Source: Bryobacterales bacterium
GTDB lineage: Bacteria; Acidobacteriota; Terriglobia; Bryobacterales; UBA6623
Direction: 5' to 3'
Assembly (NCBI GenBank): GCA_022823865.1
Contig: JAJEHF010000215.1
Span: 2,924-66,923 of the forward strand
Length of the DNA stretch: 64,000 nucleotides
Of the stretch, positions 25,916-36,288 are shown piece by piece. The first letter of the stretch is position 1, and every line of letters starts with the position of its first letter. Under the pieces are notes generated by a model. The model was not told where the DNA came from. It made no database searches and saw only the letters and a program-made list of their open reading frames with translations. A program made the translations under genes and the position numbers.

Positions 25916-28900
25916 GTGTCGGGCGCGCGCGCCATAGGACCATCCATGCTGTACGCAAATGCCAATCCGTCCTTGCGCGGGTCTGGCTCCGTGGATTCGA
26001 TACTCGCTGGCACTCGTGCTTCCCACGCCTGGAACCACAACAAGAAACGCTTGCGGGCACCCGTCCGAGCCGCCACCCAGCTCGGGCTCATAACGTGCCT
26101 GGCGCTATTCGTTGTGGTACCCGGACCCGCGCAGGAGGTCATGACGCTGCCGCTCGATGCCAACGGCAAGCCCGTGCTTCCACCCGGGGCCGTCACAGAA
26201 CCGGCCTACGTAATCGACGCCTTTGCGGGTACAGGCGAGCAAGGATTTCATGGCGATGGCGGACCGGCGATTGAAGCGCGCATCCACAATCCAGGGGGAA
26301 TCGTCGCAGATGCGGCAGGCAACGTCTATGTCGCTGACGTCAACAACGGGAGGGTGCGCCGAATCGATCAAGCCGGAATCATTACCACGATCGCGGGTAC
26401 CGGCGAGCGAGGCTCCGCCGGGGACGGCGGGCCGGCGGTGGAAGCGCAACTTCTCGGCCCGACCGCTGTCGCTCTGGATTCCAGCGGCAATCTCTATATC
26501 GCCGAGAGTGCTGGAAATCGAGTGCGCAAGATCGATGTCATGGGCAGGATCAGTACGGTGGCCGGCACGGCGAGGCGGGATCCCAAGGAGATGGCGGCCC
26601 CGCGGTTGAGGCGCAACTCAACTGGCCCGCGGCAGTGGTGATAGATGCAGCGGGCAACATCTTGATCAGTGACTCGAGAAGCCATCGCGTGCGCAAGGTC
26701 AGCCTCGACGGCACGATCACCACCATCGCGGGAACGGGATCCAGGGGTGGTAGCGGGGATGGCGGCGCTGCTACCGCCGCCCAACTCAACTTCGTCAGCG
26801 ATCTAGAGACAGACGCACTGGGCAACATCTACCTTGCTGACATCAACGAGGGCCGGATACGAAAGATCTCACCGACTGGCCGGATCACCACCATTGCAGG
26901 TGCCGGTGGCCGCCGGCACTCAGGGGACAGAGGCCCAGCGATCGACGCCGGACTGGAAACTCCCGGAGGCATTGTATTAGATTCTGCAGGGAATCTCTTT
27001 CTATCTGAATACTGGCCAGGCTGGCTCCGAAAGATCGACGCTGTGGGCATCATCGACACAATCGCTGGCACTGGCGAGCAACTCTCCACTGGAAACATGG
27101 GCTTGGCTATCGATGCCTCACTGGACAGGCCGGGCTATATCGCGGTGGACTCCGACGGCAACCTCTACATCAGCGAGTTCTTTGGGAACCGAGTTCGCAT
27201 TCTCAGGCCAACAGCCAAACTGTCGAGTCTTGCAGTGCCGTTGGGCACCAGCGGCGACTCCGTTGTGCTCACTATCACGCAGACCGGGTCAGTGCGCTGG
27301 AATGCCGGCCCGCTCGCGCATGGCACGGAAGCGTTTGCCACCAATGGGAACCGTTATGCATTGGAACAGACGGCAAGCGGAGCCATCGTGGCGACGTACG
27401 TTCCCCACCAACAAACGGTCGAACTGCACGAAGGGAAGACCGTCACCCTGATGGCCAGCGAGGACGGCGTCTGGCACATTGGCGACCGGGTTGCGGCGAA
27501 CGGCTATCGCCATGTTGAGGATGGCCAGGAGTACCTTCTGGAATGGACCGGAGCGCAGTGGAGGCTGGCCAAGTACACCATTCGAACGGTCGCGGGAACA
27601 CTTGATGTCGCCGAAGGAGTTCCGGCGACCGAGGCAAGACTCTTCAACCCCCACGCCGTTGCACTCGATTCCGCTGGCAACGCGTACGTGACGGAAGCCT
27701 CCAACAACCGTGTGCGGAGGATCGATACGTCCGGCTCGATCACGACGATTGCGGGAACAGGGGAGCAAGGCTACGCGGGTGACGGGGGGCCGGCCACACA
27801 GGCCGAATTTGACTCTCCGAGGGGAATCGGAGTCAACTGGCTCGGCGAGATCTTCGTGGCTGATTTCGGAAACGACGTAGTGCGCAAGATCGACGTTTTA
27901 GGGAGAATTTCCACGATCAGCACGAGCCGCCCGCTATTTAATCCAGACGGTTTGGCGCTGGACTTGTTCGGAAACATCGTGGTGGCCGAATCACATGTCC
28001 GAAATCACCTTGTGCGGCGGATCGACGTTCGTGGAAATCTCTCAACCATCGCCGGTGTAGCGGGACAGCGAGGCAGCTTTGAAGGGGGCAGCTCGGCAGC
28101 CAAGGCCCGGCTCTATTACCCGAGAGCTGTCGCAGCGGACCCAGCGGGCAACGTCTATGTTGCTGATAGCTTCAACCAGCGCGTGCGCAAGATTGACCCG
28201 ACGGGCACGATCAGGACAATTGCCGGAACAGGCGAGCGCGGCTACGCGGGGGACGGTGGACCGGCGATAGATGCCCAGCTTGCTAGTCCCAACGGATTGC
28301 TAGTGGATGCCGAAGGGAACGTGTATATTTCTGACTCTGGCAATTACAGGATTCGGAAGGTTGACTCGTCGGGAATGATCGAAACGATCGCAGGGACGGG
28401 CGAACCGGGCAATTTCGGGAACGGCGGTCCGGCAGTCGAGGCTAGGCTTAGATTCCCGAGAAACCTTGCGATGGATTCTTCTGGCAACCTGTTCATCGCG
28501 GACACCGGCAACCACACCGTCCGCCGGATCTCTGGGTCGGGCATGATCGAGCCGTTCGCGGGATCGGGCGAGCCTATCGACAAGCGCGATGGCGGTCCGG
28601 CCTCCTTGGCGCAATTTCATTATCCAAGTGACATCGCGGCCGATGCTGCGGGCAACGTGTATGTGCTCGACGCGAATCAGATTCGCAGGATTGATCCCAA
28701 CGGCACCATCACAACCATCGCTGGTACAGGCGAGAACGGTTACTCCGGCGACGGCGGTCCAGCCATTGCGGCAAAGCTACGGAATCCGTCGGAACTGGCG
28801 TTGGATGCTGCTGGAAACCTCTACTTGGCAGAGAGGTTTGGCAACCGCGTGAGAAAGATCGATGTTGCGGGCACGATTACAACGATTGCCGGAACAGGCG

Positions 28901-29583
28901 AGCGAGGATTCTCGGGGGACGGTGGGGCGGCGACCGAGTCCCAGCTCGGCAGCCCACGAGCCATTGCTGCGGATTCCGTAGGAAACGTCTACATTGCTGA
29001 CTCTTACAATCACCGCGTGCGCAAGATCGACACGTCCGGCGTCATCACAACTTACGTCGGTACCGGGGATCGCGACCGTACCTCCGAGTTCGGCTACGTG
29101 ATCTCGACCGGCCACGGGCAATCCGACTATCTGTGGGAGCCCGGCGGTATCGCCCCGGCGGCTGAGACGAGACTGTCGTCCCCATATGAGCTAGCAGTGG
29201 ATGCCAATGACATCCTGTACGTCTTTGACTCGGGAAACCGTTCTAGCTTCAATGCCCGGGTCGGCAAGATCGACACAGCGTCGTCCGAACCTCTCATCGC
29301 GCCGCTGCCGCCGATGGAGGTACCGCGTTTTGTGACTGGTTTCGACGTAGACGACTCCGGCAACGTTTTTGTCTTCTCTAGGGGGGCAGCCTTGATGTTC
29401 GATTCTGACGGATCGCGAACTACGGTAGCGGGTGGAGGAGAAACGCGGTTCATGGGTGACGGCGAACCGGCAGGAGGCGTGTTCATGGGACGGTTCGCCA
29501 ATATTGCGCTAGATGCCCATGGGAACATTTGGGTCGCCGATTCTTCGAGTCGGCGTGTCCATGTCTTGGAGCCCGTGCCATGA
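25916..29583 (+). pseudogene. Large secreted NHL-repeat protein with a -1 frameshift at ~26569-26570
   Basis: ORFs 25916-26641 and 26635-29583 are in different frames. At 26561-26580 the repeat consensus (V/I)AGTGE.G..GDGGPA is restored only if one G is added to acGGc (expected acGGGc). More than 20 NHL modules of the form ITTIAGTGE.G..GDGGPA..A.L..P.G...D..GN.Y.AD..N.R.RK. Confidence 0.8.
26215..29060 (+). repeat. Tandem array of ~40-45-codon NHL repeat units (coding repeats)
   Basis: Recurrent atcgc(g/c)gg(a/t)ac(a/g)ggcgag... / GTGE.G..GDGGPA units, visible in both protein and DNA. Coordinates are approximate. Confidence 0.7.
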
Positions 29584-30051
29584 GGGAGTTTGGGGCCTAG
29601 ATCCTACTGCGATTGCCAAGGAAACTTGGCGCGGTCGCTACGCTCCCTTAGCTAGAGATCTCATTTCGCCGCTCCCGGCAGTAGGCCCAGCGAGTCGGAC
29701 GTTGTGTGACCTACCGGCCCATGCCAAGCTGCAGACCATCGGCCTCGACCGCATGCCGACCCATCCGACGAACTCTCCCCTTGGGTTCTTCAGGATCCTC
29801 ATGCAACTCACTATAAATCGCTGAGAACAAAAGGATTAATACTACAAGTCTCTCATGTGGAGCTCAGCCTGGGACCCATTTCGTCAGTTAGCAGTAGAGG
29901 CGAAACCAATCGATCAGTTTTTTGCCGCTTTGGTCTCGGTTGCTTGCGCAGGTTGAGGGCAGAGCAGGAGCTTCATTAGCCCGACCGGTTATCCCCGTAG
30001 AATTCCGATGGCGTTGATGGCGACTGTGTTTGCCACGATGAACATTATCCG

Positions 30052-30062
30052 GTACACTGTAC
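30052..30062. promoter_or_regulatory. Palindromic candidate operator upstream of the toxin-antitoxin pair
   Basis: GTACA-C-TGTAC, 16 nt upstream of the GTG start at 30078, in an AT-richer intergenic region. Confidence 0.3.
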
Positions 30063-30077
30063 TAAATAAGGTGCAGG

Positions 30078-30434
30078 GTGGCAGGGCCCGCGAAACCACA
30101 GAAAATCCCTCTGGTGTTCTTCCGCACACTGGCTGGGAGAGAACCTGTCAGGGAATGGCTGAAAGGGTTGGATGAGGCTGAGCGTCAGGCGATAGGCTTG
30201 GATCTGCTGCGGGCGCAATGGCGGTGGCCCGCAAGCATGCCACTGTGTCGCCCGATGGGCAATGGCCTGTGGGAAATCCGGACGGATTTGCCGACGAAAC
30301 GCACGGCGCGCGTATTCCTCTGCCCTTACCGCGAGCACCTCGTGGCTCTGCACGGATTCGTCAAGAAGACGTCGGCCACGCCGGAATCGGACTTGGCAAT
30401 GGCGCGGAAGCGCCAGAAGGAGCTGGAGCAATGA
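30078..30434 (+). CDS. RelE/HigB-like toxin (phage Gp49-like family)
   Basis: 118 aa with the pattern ...FFRTLAGREPVREWLKGL...GNGLWEIR....ARVFLCPYREHLVALHGFVKKT... typical of Gp49/HigB-type toxins. Its stop overlaps the next start (ATGA at 30431-30434). Confidence 0.7.
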   Translation: MAGPAKPQKIPLVFFRTLAGREPVREWLKGLDEAERQAIGLDLLRAQWRWPASMPLCRPMGNGLWEIRTDLPTKRTARVFLCPYREHLVALHGFVKKTSATPESDLAMARKRQKELEQ

Positions 30435-30709
30435 GTGAAGAGAATCTGGGATCGAGCATCGATGAATTCCTCGAGGAGGAGGGCACCCTTGAGGAGGCGC
30501 AATCGCAAGCGGTCAAGGAGGTCGTCGCGTGGCAGCTTGCCGAGGCCATGAAGACGAGGAAGATCTCGAAGAAAAAGATGGCTGCGTTGCTCAAGACGAG
30601 CCGCTCGCAAGTGGACCGGCTGCTCGACCCGAGGAATGACATTACGCTGGGTAGCCTGCAACGAGCGGCAGCTGTAGTCGGACGCCGAGTGAACATCGAA
30701 CTAGTCTAG
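30431..30709 (+). CDS. XRE/HigA-like HTH antitoxin
   Basis: 92 aa, with an acidic N-terminus followed by the HTH ...KISKKKMAALLKTSRSQVDRLLDP.... Translationally coupled to the upstream toxin. Confidence 0.7.
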   Translation: MSEENLGSSIDEFLEEEGTLEEAQSQAVKEVVAWQLAEAMKTRKISKKKMAALLKTSRSQVDRLLDPRNDITLGSLQRAAAVVGRRVNIELV

Positions 30710-30817
30710 GGGCGGTGGGCGACATCAGCTCACATTGCCGCGTCGGTGACTGCACCCCTTAAATACGAATAGACGTAGAACAAATTTGGTGTTAGTGTAG
30801 AATCTAATAACAAGGAG

Positions 30818-33214
30818 ATGGCGACAATGCCTCCATCAATCAGTCCCGCGAGCCAGTCTGGACAAACAAGCGGAACGATAGTTCGACGGCAGCCGAGCCC
30901 ATTGTCCCCGCGTGACAGCTCGCTCGCTGGCGTGATCGCGCGATTCGAATCCCTGCACCGCGAATCCAGCACGCCAATTGCAGCCATCCGCACTCAGCCG
31001 GCGCGGGAGGCACGCTTTGCAGAGATTCCCGCCACGACCGACCCGCGCATCCGGGCGGCGCTCGCAAGCAAGGGGATCGAGCAGTTGTACGTCCACCAAG
31101 CGCAGAGCCTCGAGCAGATCTCGGCAGGGAGAAACGTGGCCGTGGTCACCCCAACCGCGAGCGGAAAGACGCTGTGCTACAACCTGCCGGTCCTGAACGC
31201 GCTGGCCGCCGATCCGGCCGCCTGTGCCCTGTACCTGTTCCCAACCAAGGCGCTGGCCGTGGACCAGCTTGAGGAGTTCAACCAGCTCGGAGACGCTCTC
31301 GGCTCGGACATCCGGGCCTATACCTACGATGGCGACACGCCCTCCGACGCCCGGCGGGCGATCCGCAGGCGCGCCAACGTGGTTCTCAGCAACCCGGACA
31401 TGCTGCATGCCGGGATGCTGCCCCACCACACGCGCTGGGCGCGCTTTTTCGAACACCTGCGCTACATCGTGATCGACGAGCTGCACGCCTATCGCGGAGT
31501 GTTCGGGAGCCACCTCGCCAACGTGCTGCGCCGCCTCAAGCGGATCGCCGCGTTCTACGGCTCCGAGCCGCAGTTCGTCTGCTGCTCGGCCACCATTGCC
31601 AACCCCAAGGAGTTGGCGGAGAACCTCACCGAAGAAGACTTCCAGCTTATCGACGACAACGGGGCGCCTAGCGGCGAGAAGCACTTCGTCTTCTACAACC
31701 CGCCGGTAGTCAATGCCCAGCTCGGCATCCGCCGCAGCTACATCAACGAGGCCCGCCGCATGGCGGAAATCTTCCTCGAGCGCGGGCGCCAGACACTCGT
31801 CTTCGCGAACAACCGCCTCGCGACCGAGGTGCTCACGCGCTATCTCAAGGAAGCGCTCGGCCGGCGGCCCGGGGTGCCCGCGCAGGTCCGCGGCTACCGC
31901 GGCGGCTACTTACCGCGAGAGCGCCGGGAGATCGAGCGCGAGCTGCGCGAGGGGCAGATCCTCGGCGTGGTCGCTACCAACGCGTTGGAGCTCGGCATCG
32001 ACGTCGGGTCGCTGGACGCGGTTGTTCTGGCAGGCTATCCCGGCGCGATCTCGTCCACCTGGCAGCGCGCCGGAAGGGCGGGACGGCGCAACGACGTCTC
32101 GATCGCGGTGCTGGTCGCCTCGTCCGCCCCCTTGGATCAATACGTCGTCGAACATCCCGAGTACTTCTTCGACGCATCGCCCGAACACGCCCACGTCAAT
32201 CCCGACAATCTCGAGATCCTCGTGAGCCACCTCAAGTGCGCTGCCTTCGAGCTGCCCGTTCAGGTCGGCGAGAAATTCGGCCCGCACGACACCGCTGACC
32301 TGTGCAGTTTCCTAGAAGAGACCGGCGTGCTCCATCGGGCCGGCGACTCCTGGCACTGGACATCGGAAGCCTACCCGGCCGATGCCATCAGCTTGCGCAA
32401 GATTACCAGCGACAACTTCGTCGTCGTCGATGACAGCGACGATTCCAAGGTCATCGGGGAGGTCTCCTTCCCGGCAGCGCTCACGAGCCTCCACGAGAAG
32501 GCGATCTATATCCACGAAGGCCGCCTGTACCACGTCGAGCGCTTCGAATACGACGAGCGCAAGGCATACGTCAAGCAGGTCGAGTGCGGCTACTACACAG
32601 ATGCCATCGAACACGTGCAGGTCGAGCCGCTAGAAGGTTTCGACGACGAGAGCTTGGGGCCGGCAGTGGCCAGCCACGGCGAAGTCCGGATCACGCGTCG
32701 GGTGGTCGGCTTCAAGAAGATTCGCTTCCACACGAACGAGAACGTCGGCGATGGCAAGCTGTCGATGCCCGAGCAGGAGATGCACACGACGGCCTTCTGG
32801 CTGCACTTCCCGATGGAATTCCTGGCTTCCCTGCCCTACTCGACGACCGAGAAGCGCGACGGGCTGATCGGGCTCGGCAACGTCCTGCGGACCGTCGGCG
32901 CGCTCGTCATGATGTGCGATGCCCGCGACCTCGGCGTTTCCAGCCTGAACTCCCAATCCGGCCCGGACCAGCTGCTGGATCCGGAGGTTTACCTATACGA
33001 CAACTTCCCCGGCGGGATCGGGCAGAGCGAACCGCTGTTCCGGCTACGCGAATCGATCTGCGCCAAGGCTCGCGAGCTACTCGAATCTTGCCCCTGCGCC
33101 ACGGGATGCCCCAGTTGCGTCGGCGCTCCGGGAGAGGTTGGGCCGAAATCCAAAGAGGTCGCACTCCGGCTTGCGAGCACCCTAGTTTCCGACCAGAGCA
33201 GCCCCGCGGCGTGA
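30818..33214 (+). CDS. mrfA: DEAD/DEAH-box helicase with C-terminal Zn-ribbon (YprA/MrfA family, DUF1998)
   Basis: Walker A TPTASGKT, DExH box VIDELH, and a C-terminal CPCATGCPSCVGAP motif. Paired with a YprB-like exonuclease gene. An alternative ATG at 30827 has better spacing from the AAGGAG. Confidence 0.75.
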   Translation: MATMPPSISPASQSGQTSGTIVRRQPSPLSPRDSSLAGVIARFESLHRESSTPIAAIRTQPAREARFAEIPATTDPRIRAALASKGIEQLYVHQAQSLEQISAGRNVAVVTPTASGKTLCYNLPVLNALAADPAACALYLFPTKALAVDQLEEFNQLGDALGSDIRAYTYDGDTPSDARRAIRRRANVVLSNPDMLHAGMLPHHTRWARFFEHLRYIVIDELHAYRGVFGSHLANVLRRLKRIAAFYGSEPQFVCCSATIANPKELAENLTEEDFQLIDDNGAPSGEKHFVFYNPPVVNAQLGIRRSYINEARRMAEIFLERGRQTLVFANNRLATEVLTRYLKEALGRRPGVPAQVRGYRGGYLPRERREIERELREGQILGVVATNALELGIDVGSLDAVVLAGYPGAISSTWQRAGRAGRRNDVSIAVLVASSAPLDQYVVEHPEYFFDASPEHAHVNPDNLEILVSHLKCAAFELPVQVGEKFGPHDTADLCSFLEETGVLHRAGDSWHWTSEAYPADAISLRKITSDNFVVVDDSDDSKVIGEVSFPAALTSLHEKAIYIHEGRLYHVERFEYDERKAYVKQVECGYYTDAIEHVQVEPLEGFDDESLGPAVASHGEVRITRRVVGFKKIRFHTNENVGDGKLSMPEQEMHTTAFWLHFPMEFLASLPYSTTEKRDGLIGLGNVLRTVGALVMMCDARDLGVSSLNSQSGPDQLLDPEVYLYDNFPGGIGQSEPLFRLRESICAKARELLESCPCATGCPSCVGAPGEVGPKSKEVALRLASTLVSDQSSPAA

Positions 33215-33234
33215 AGTAGCCGAGGCGACGCACG

Positions 33235-34518
33235 ATGCAGCGCATTACCCAAGGCGACATCGACGCCCTGCGGCGACGCATGCAGCTACAGGATCAACGC
33301 CCAGTTGGCAGCCCGCCAGAGCCGCAAGGTGTGGGTCGGGTACCACCGGTCGCGGCGCTCGACCAAGGAATCGAGGGTACGGAACAAGTCACACCGCTCG
33401 GCAGATTCTTGCTGCAAGAGCATTTCTACCCCAACGAGCGGTCTCACGGCAGCGTGCAAATCGGATGCCTGCAGGACTTGCCGTGCGATGCCATGCACGA
33501 CATTGGCGGCGAGCACATGCGCTCGACGGACGCCAGGCGCTGGGTGTTCCTCGATACCGAGACCACCGGCTTGGCCGGGGGCACCGGCACGTGCGCGTTC
33601 TTGGTCGGCATCGGAATGATCGAGGACGGCGGCTTCCGCGTGCAGTTGTACTTCATGCGCGACTTTGACGAAGAGCCCGCCATGCTGGATGCACTGGCCC
33701 AGACCCTGGCCCAGTACGACACCGTCATTACCTTCAACGGCAAGGTGTTCGACGTGCCGTTGCTGGAGACCCGCTACCGCCTAAAGCGACAGCGAAATCC
33801 GTTCCACAGCATGGACCACGTGGATCTGCTGCATCCCGCGAGGCGGCTCTGGAAGGAGCGTCTCGGCAGCTGCCGCTTGACGAACCTGGAGTCCCACGTG
33901 CTAGGCGTCGAACGGCAGGGCGACATCCCCGGGGCGCTGATCCCGCAGTGCTATTTCGACTACCTGCGCAGCGGTGACGCCAGCAAGCTGGCTGCCGTGT
34001 TTCACCACAACGTGCTCGACATCGTCTCGCTAGCGTGCATCAACTCGGTCCTGCTGACCGTGCTGGCCGCGCCCGACCGCGCCGGCCTGCGCCACGGCCA
34101 GGACATCCGCGGCCTGGCTCGCTGGCTGAACAAGCTTGGCAAAGAGGGCCAAGCCCTGGCCCTGTACCGCACGGCGATCCGCAGCGGGCTGCCCCGGAGA
34201 GACCTCTTCGCGGCACTCTGGGAAACCGCCCAGATCGAACGCCGGGCTGGACGCCACGATGAGCAAGTCCAGCTGCTGCGCGATCTGGCGCGCGTGAGCG
34301 CCATGCACAGGGCTGCCGCCTTCGTGGAGCTGGCCAAGCACTACGAGCACCGCCTCAAGGACTACGCACTCGCCCTGAAGATGACCCGCAACGCCCAGCG
34401 CGACGCTCCGTCCGAGGAACTTTGCCACCGGGAGCGCAGGATCCTCCGCAAGCTCAGCGCGGCCGCCAAGGATGGCGAGGCAGGAGCTCCAGGGCCTGGG
34501 GGCGATTCACTGGGCTAG
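33235..34518 (+). CDS. mrfB: RNase H-like (DEDD) exonuclease with TPR-like C-terminus (YprB/MrfB family)
   Basis: WVFLDTETTGL exonuclease motif I. Lies immediately downstream of the YprA-like helicase. Confidence 0.7.
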   Translation: MQRITQGDIDALRRRMQLQDQRPVGSPPEPQGVGRVPPVAALDQGIEGTEQVTPLGRFLLQEHFYPNERSHGSVQIGCLQDLPCDAMHDIGGEHMRSTDARRWVFLDTETTGLAGGTGTCAFLVGIGMIEDGGFRVQLYFMRDFDEEPAMLDALAQTLAQYDTVITFNGKVFDVPLLETRYRLKRQRNPFHSMDHVDLLHPARRLWKERLGSCRLTNLESHVLGVERQGDIPGALIPQCYFDYLRSGDASKLAAVFHHNVLDIVSLACINSVLLTVLAAPDRAGLRHGQDIRGLARWLNKLGKEGQALALYRTAIRSGLPRRDLFAALWETAQIERRAGRHDEQVQLLRDLARVSAMHRAAAFVELAKHYEHRLKDYALALKMTRNAQRDAPSEELCHRERRILRKLSAAAKDGEAGAPGPGGDSLG

Positions 34519-36279
34519 GCCAAGCTCCCGCTCCAAGCGGAGCTTGCGGTCCAGCAGCTTAGGCAGGTCGGCAGTGCTACCGCTGCGCCCGATGTGCCTC
34601 AGCAGATCTTGGTACTGGTCTTCCAGCGCCTGCCTCTGCAGAGCCGCAAGCAGGTCTTCGCCGTCGGCCAGCGTGGGCGTCGGGCGATCCCGGTCGAAGA
34701 CCAAGCGCGCCAAACGCTCCCGGTCAGCACCATCCAGACGGCCTTCGACGGCTTCGTAGCGAAACGGGCCGTCCGCTTTCTCGACCGCCCTGAGCGCTGA
34801 CAAGATCTGACGGCTCGGCAACCCTCGCTCGGCGATCTCGCAGGCCTTTTCCAAGAACTGCTGGCGCGCCCCCTCTTCGCTCACCAGCAGGACTACCAAC
34901 AGCCGCTCGCTTGGAGAGAGGCCGTCCGCCTGGGCGACCGGCGCGGCTTCGCTGCGAGAAGACGGCTTGGCGGCGCCGCGCAACTTAGCCAGCGCGAGGC
35001 TCTGTGGCAGCCCGATATGCTGCGCCAAGTCCGTGACCGTGGTGGCTTGCTGCACTTCATCAGGGAGCAAGACGACCGATCGCAGCAAATGCTCGAACGC
35101 CTTGGTCCGGCCATCGGAGGTCGACAGGTCGAACTGGGTGCGCGAGCGGTCGAGCAGCCAGTGAAAGTAGGCCGGCGCAGCTTCCAGCTGCTGGCGATAA
35201 CTCTCCCCCCCGTGTTCGCGGCAGTACTCGTCAGGATCCAGCCCGCTGGGCAGTTCCAGCACGCGCACGCTCAGGCCGTCTCGCAGGAGCATTTCCACGG
35301 AGCGCTCGGCGGCCGCCTGGCCGGCAGAGTCGGAATCGAAGTTGACCACGACCGTGTCGCAATGGCGGCGGAGCATGCTGATCTGCCTCGATGTCAGGGC
35401 CGTTCCGCAGGTTGCGACAGCGTTGCGGATGCCAGCCCTCCAGACGCCGATCACGTCCATGTAGCCTTCGACGAGGACCGCCAGATTGCTCTGGCGCATC
35501 GCCGTGCGCGCGCGGTGGATGTTGTACAGCACCGCGTTCTTACGGTAAATCGGCGTCTCGGGCGAGTTCAGGTACTTGGGCTGGCGGTCCGCTTCGAGGC
35601 TGCGCCCCCCATAGCCGATGAGATTGCCTCCATCGGAGTGGATGGGGAACATGAGCCGATCGCGGAAGCGCGCGTAGACGGAGCTGTCCCGGTCGGACTG
35701 GCCCACCAAGCCGGACTCCAGCACGTGCGATCGCCTGAGATCCTTGCCCTTCAGATAGCTCATGAGCGCGTCGCCGGACGGAGCGTAGCCCAGCCCGAAT
35801 TCCTCGATCTCTTCAAGGCCGAGGCCGCGCTGCCTGAGATACCGCATGGCTCCGGCGCCGCGCCTGGACTTGAGCTGCTCCACCAAGAATCGCTGCGTGA
35901 ATTCGTGGACCTGTAGCAGGCCTTCGCGGGTACGCGCCGCGGCATCGGCACCGGGACCGCCGCCCTTGCGCGGCATTTCCTTGCCCTGTTGCTGGGCCAG
36001 CAGCTTGAGGGTTTCGATGAAGCTCAGCCCCTGCAGCTCCATGAGGAAGCTGAACACATCGCCGCTCTTGCCACAGCCGAAGCACTTGTAGATTTGCAGC
36101 GCGCCGTGGACCGAAAACGAAGGGGTCTTCTCGGTATGGAACGGGCACAGCCCCAGATAGCGGTTCCCGGACTGCCGCTTCAGGCGCACGTGCGCCCCGA
36201 CGACACTAACTATGTCGGCGGCTGCCTTGACCTCCTGGGCGAAGTCCATGCTGCTGCGCGAGGCGCGGCCCGATGCCAC
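34507..36279 (-). CDS. dnaG: DNA primase
   Basis: Zinc finger CPFHTEKTPSFSV...YKCFGCGKSGD and TOPRIM region LVEGYMDV...NFDSDSAG. 590 aa. Confidence 0.95.
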   Translation of the reverse strand: MASGRASRSSMDFAQEVKAAADIVSVVGAHVRLKRQSGNRYLGLCPFHTEKTPSFSVHGALQIYKCFGCGKSGDVFSFLMELQGLSFIETLKLLAQQQGKEMPRKGGGPGADAAARTREGLLQVHEFTQRFLVEQLKSRRGAGAMRYLRQRGLGLEEIEEFGLGYAPSGDALMSYLKGKDLRRSHVLESGLVGQSDRDSSVYARFRDRLMFPIHSDGGNLIGYGGRSLEADRQPKYLNSPETPIYRKNAVLYNIHRARTAMRQSNLAVLVEGYMDVIGVWRAGIRNAVATCGTALTSRQISMLRRHCDTVVVNFDSDSAGQAAAERSVEMLLRDGLSVRVLELPSGLDPDEYCREHGGESYRQQLEAAPAYFHWLLDRSRTQFDLSTSDGRTKAFEHLLRSVVLLPDEVQQATTVTDLAQHIGLPQSLALAKLRGAAKPSSRSEAAPVAQADGLSPSERLLVVLLVSEEGARQQFLEKACEIAERGLPSRQILSALRAVEKADGPFRYEAVEGRLDGADRERLARLVFDRDRPTPTLADGEDLLAALQRQALEDQYQDLLRHIGRSGSTADLPKLLDRKLRLERELGLAQ

Positions 36280-36288
36280 GAAATGAGA

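Noticed and set aside
30818-34518. The DUF1998-containing helicase as a defence (DrmA/B-like) gene.
   Set aside because: It is paired with a YprB-type DEDD exonuclease in the arrangement known for the MrfAB repair pair. It has host-like composition and no methylase or nuclease neighbours.
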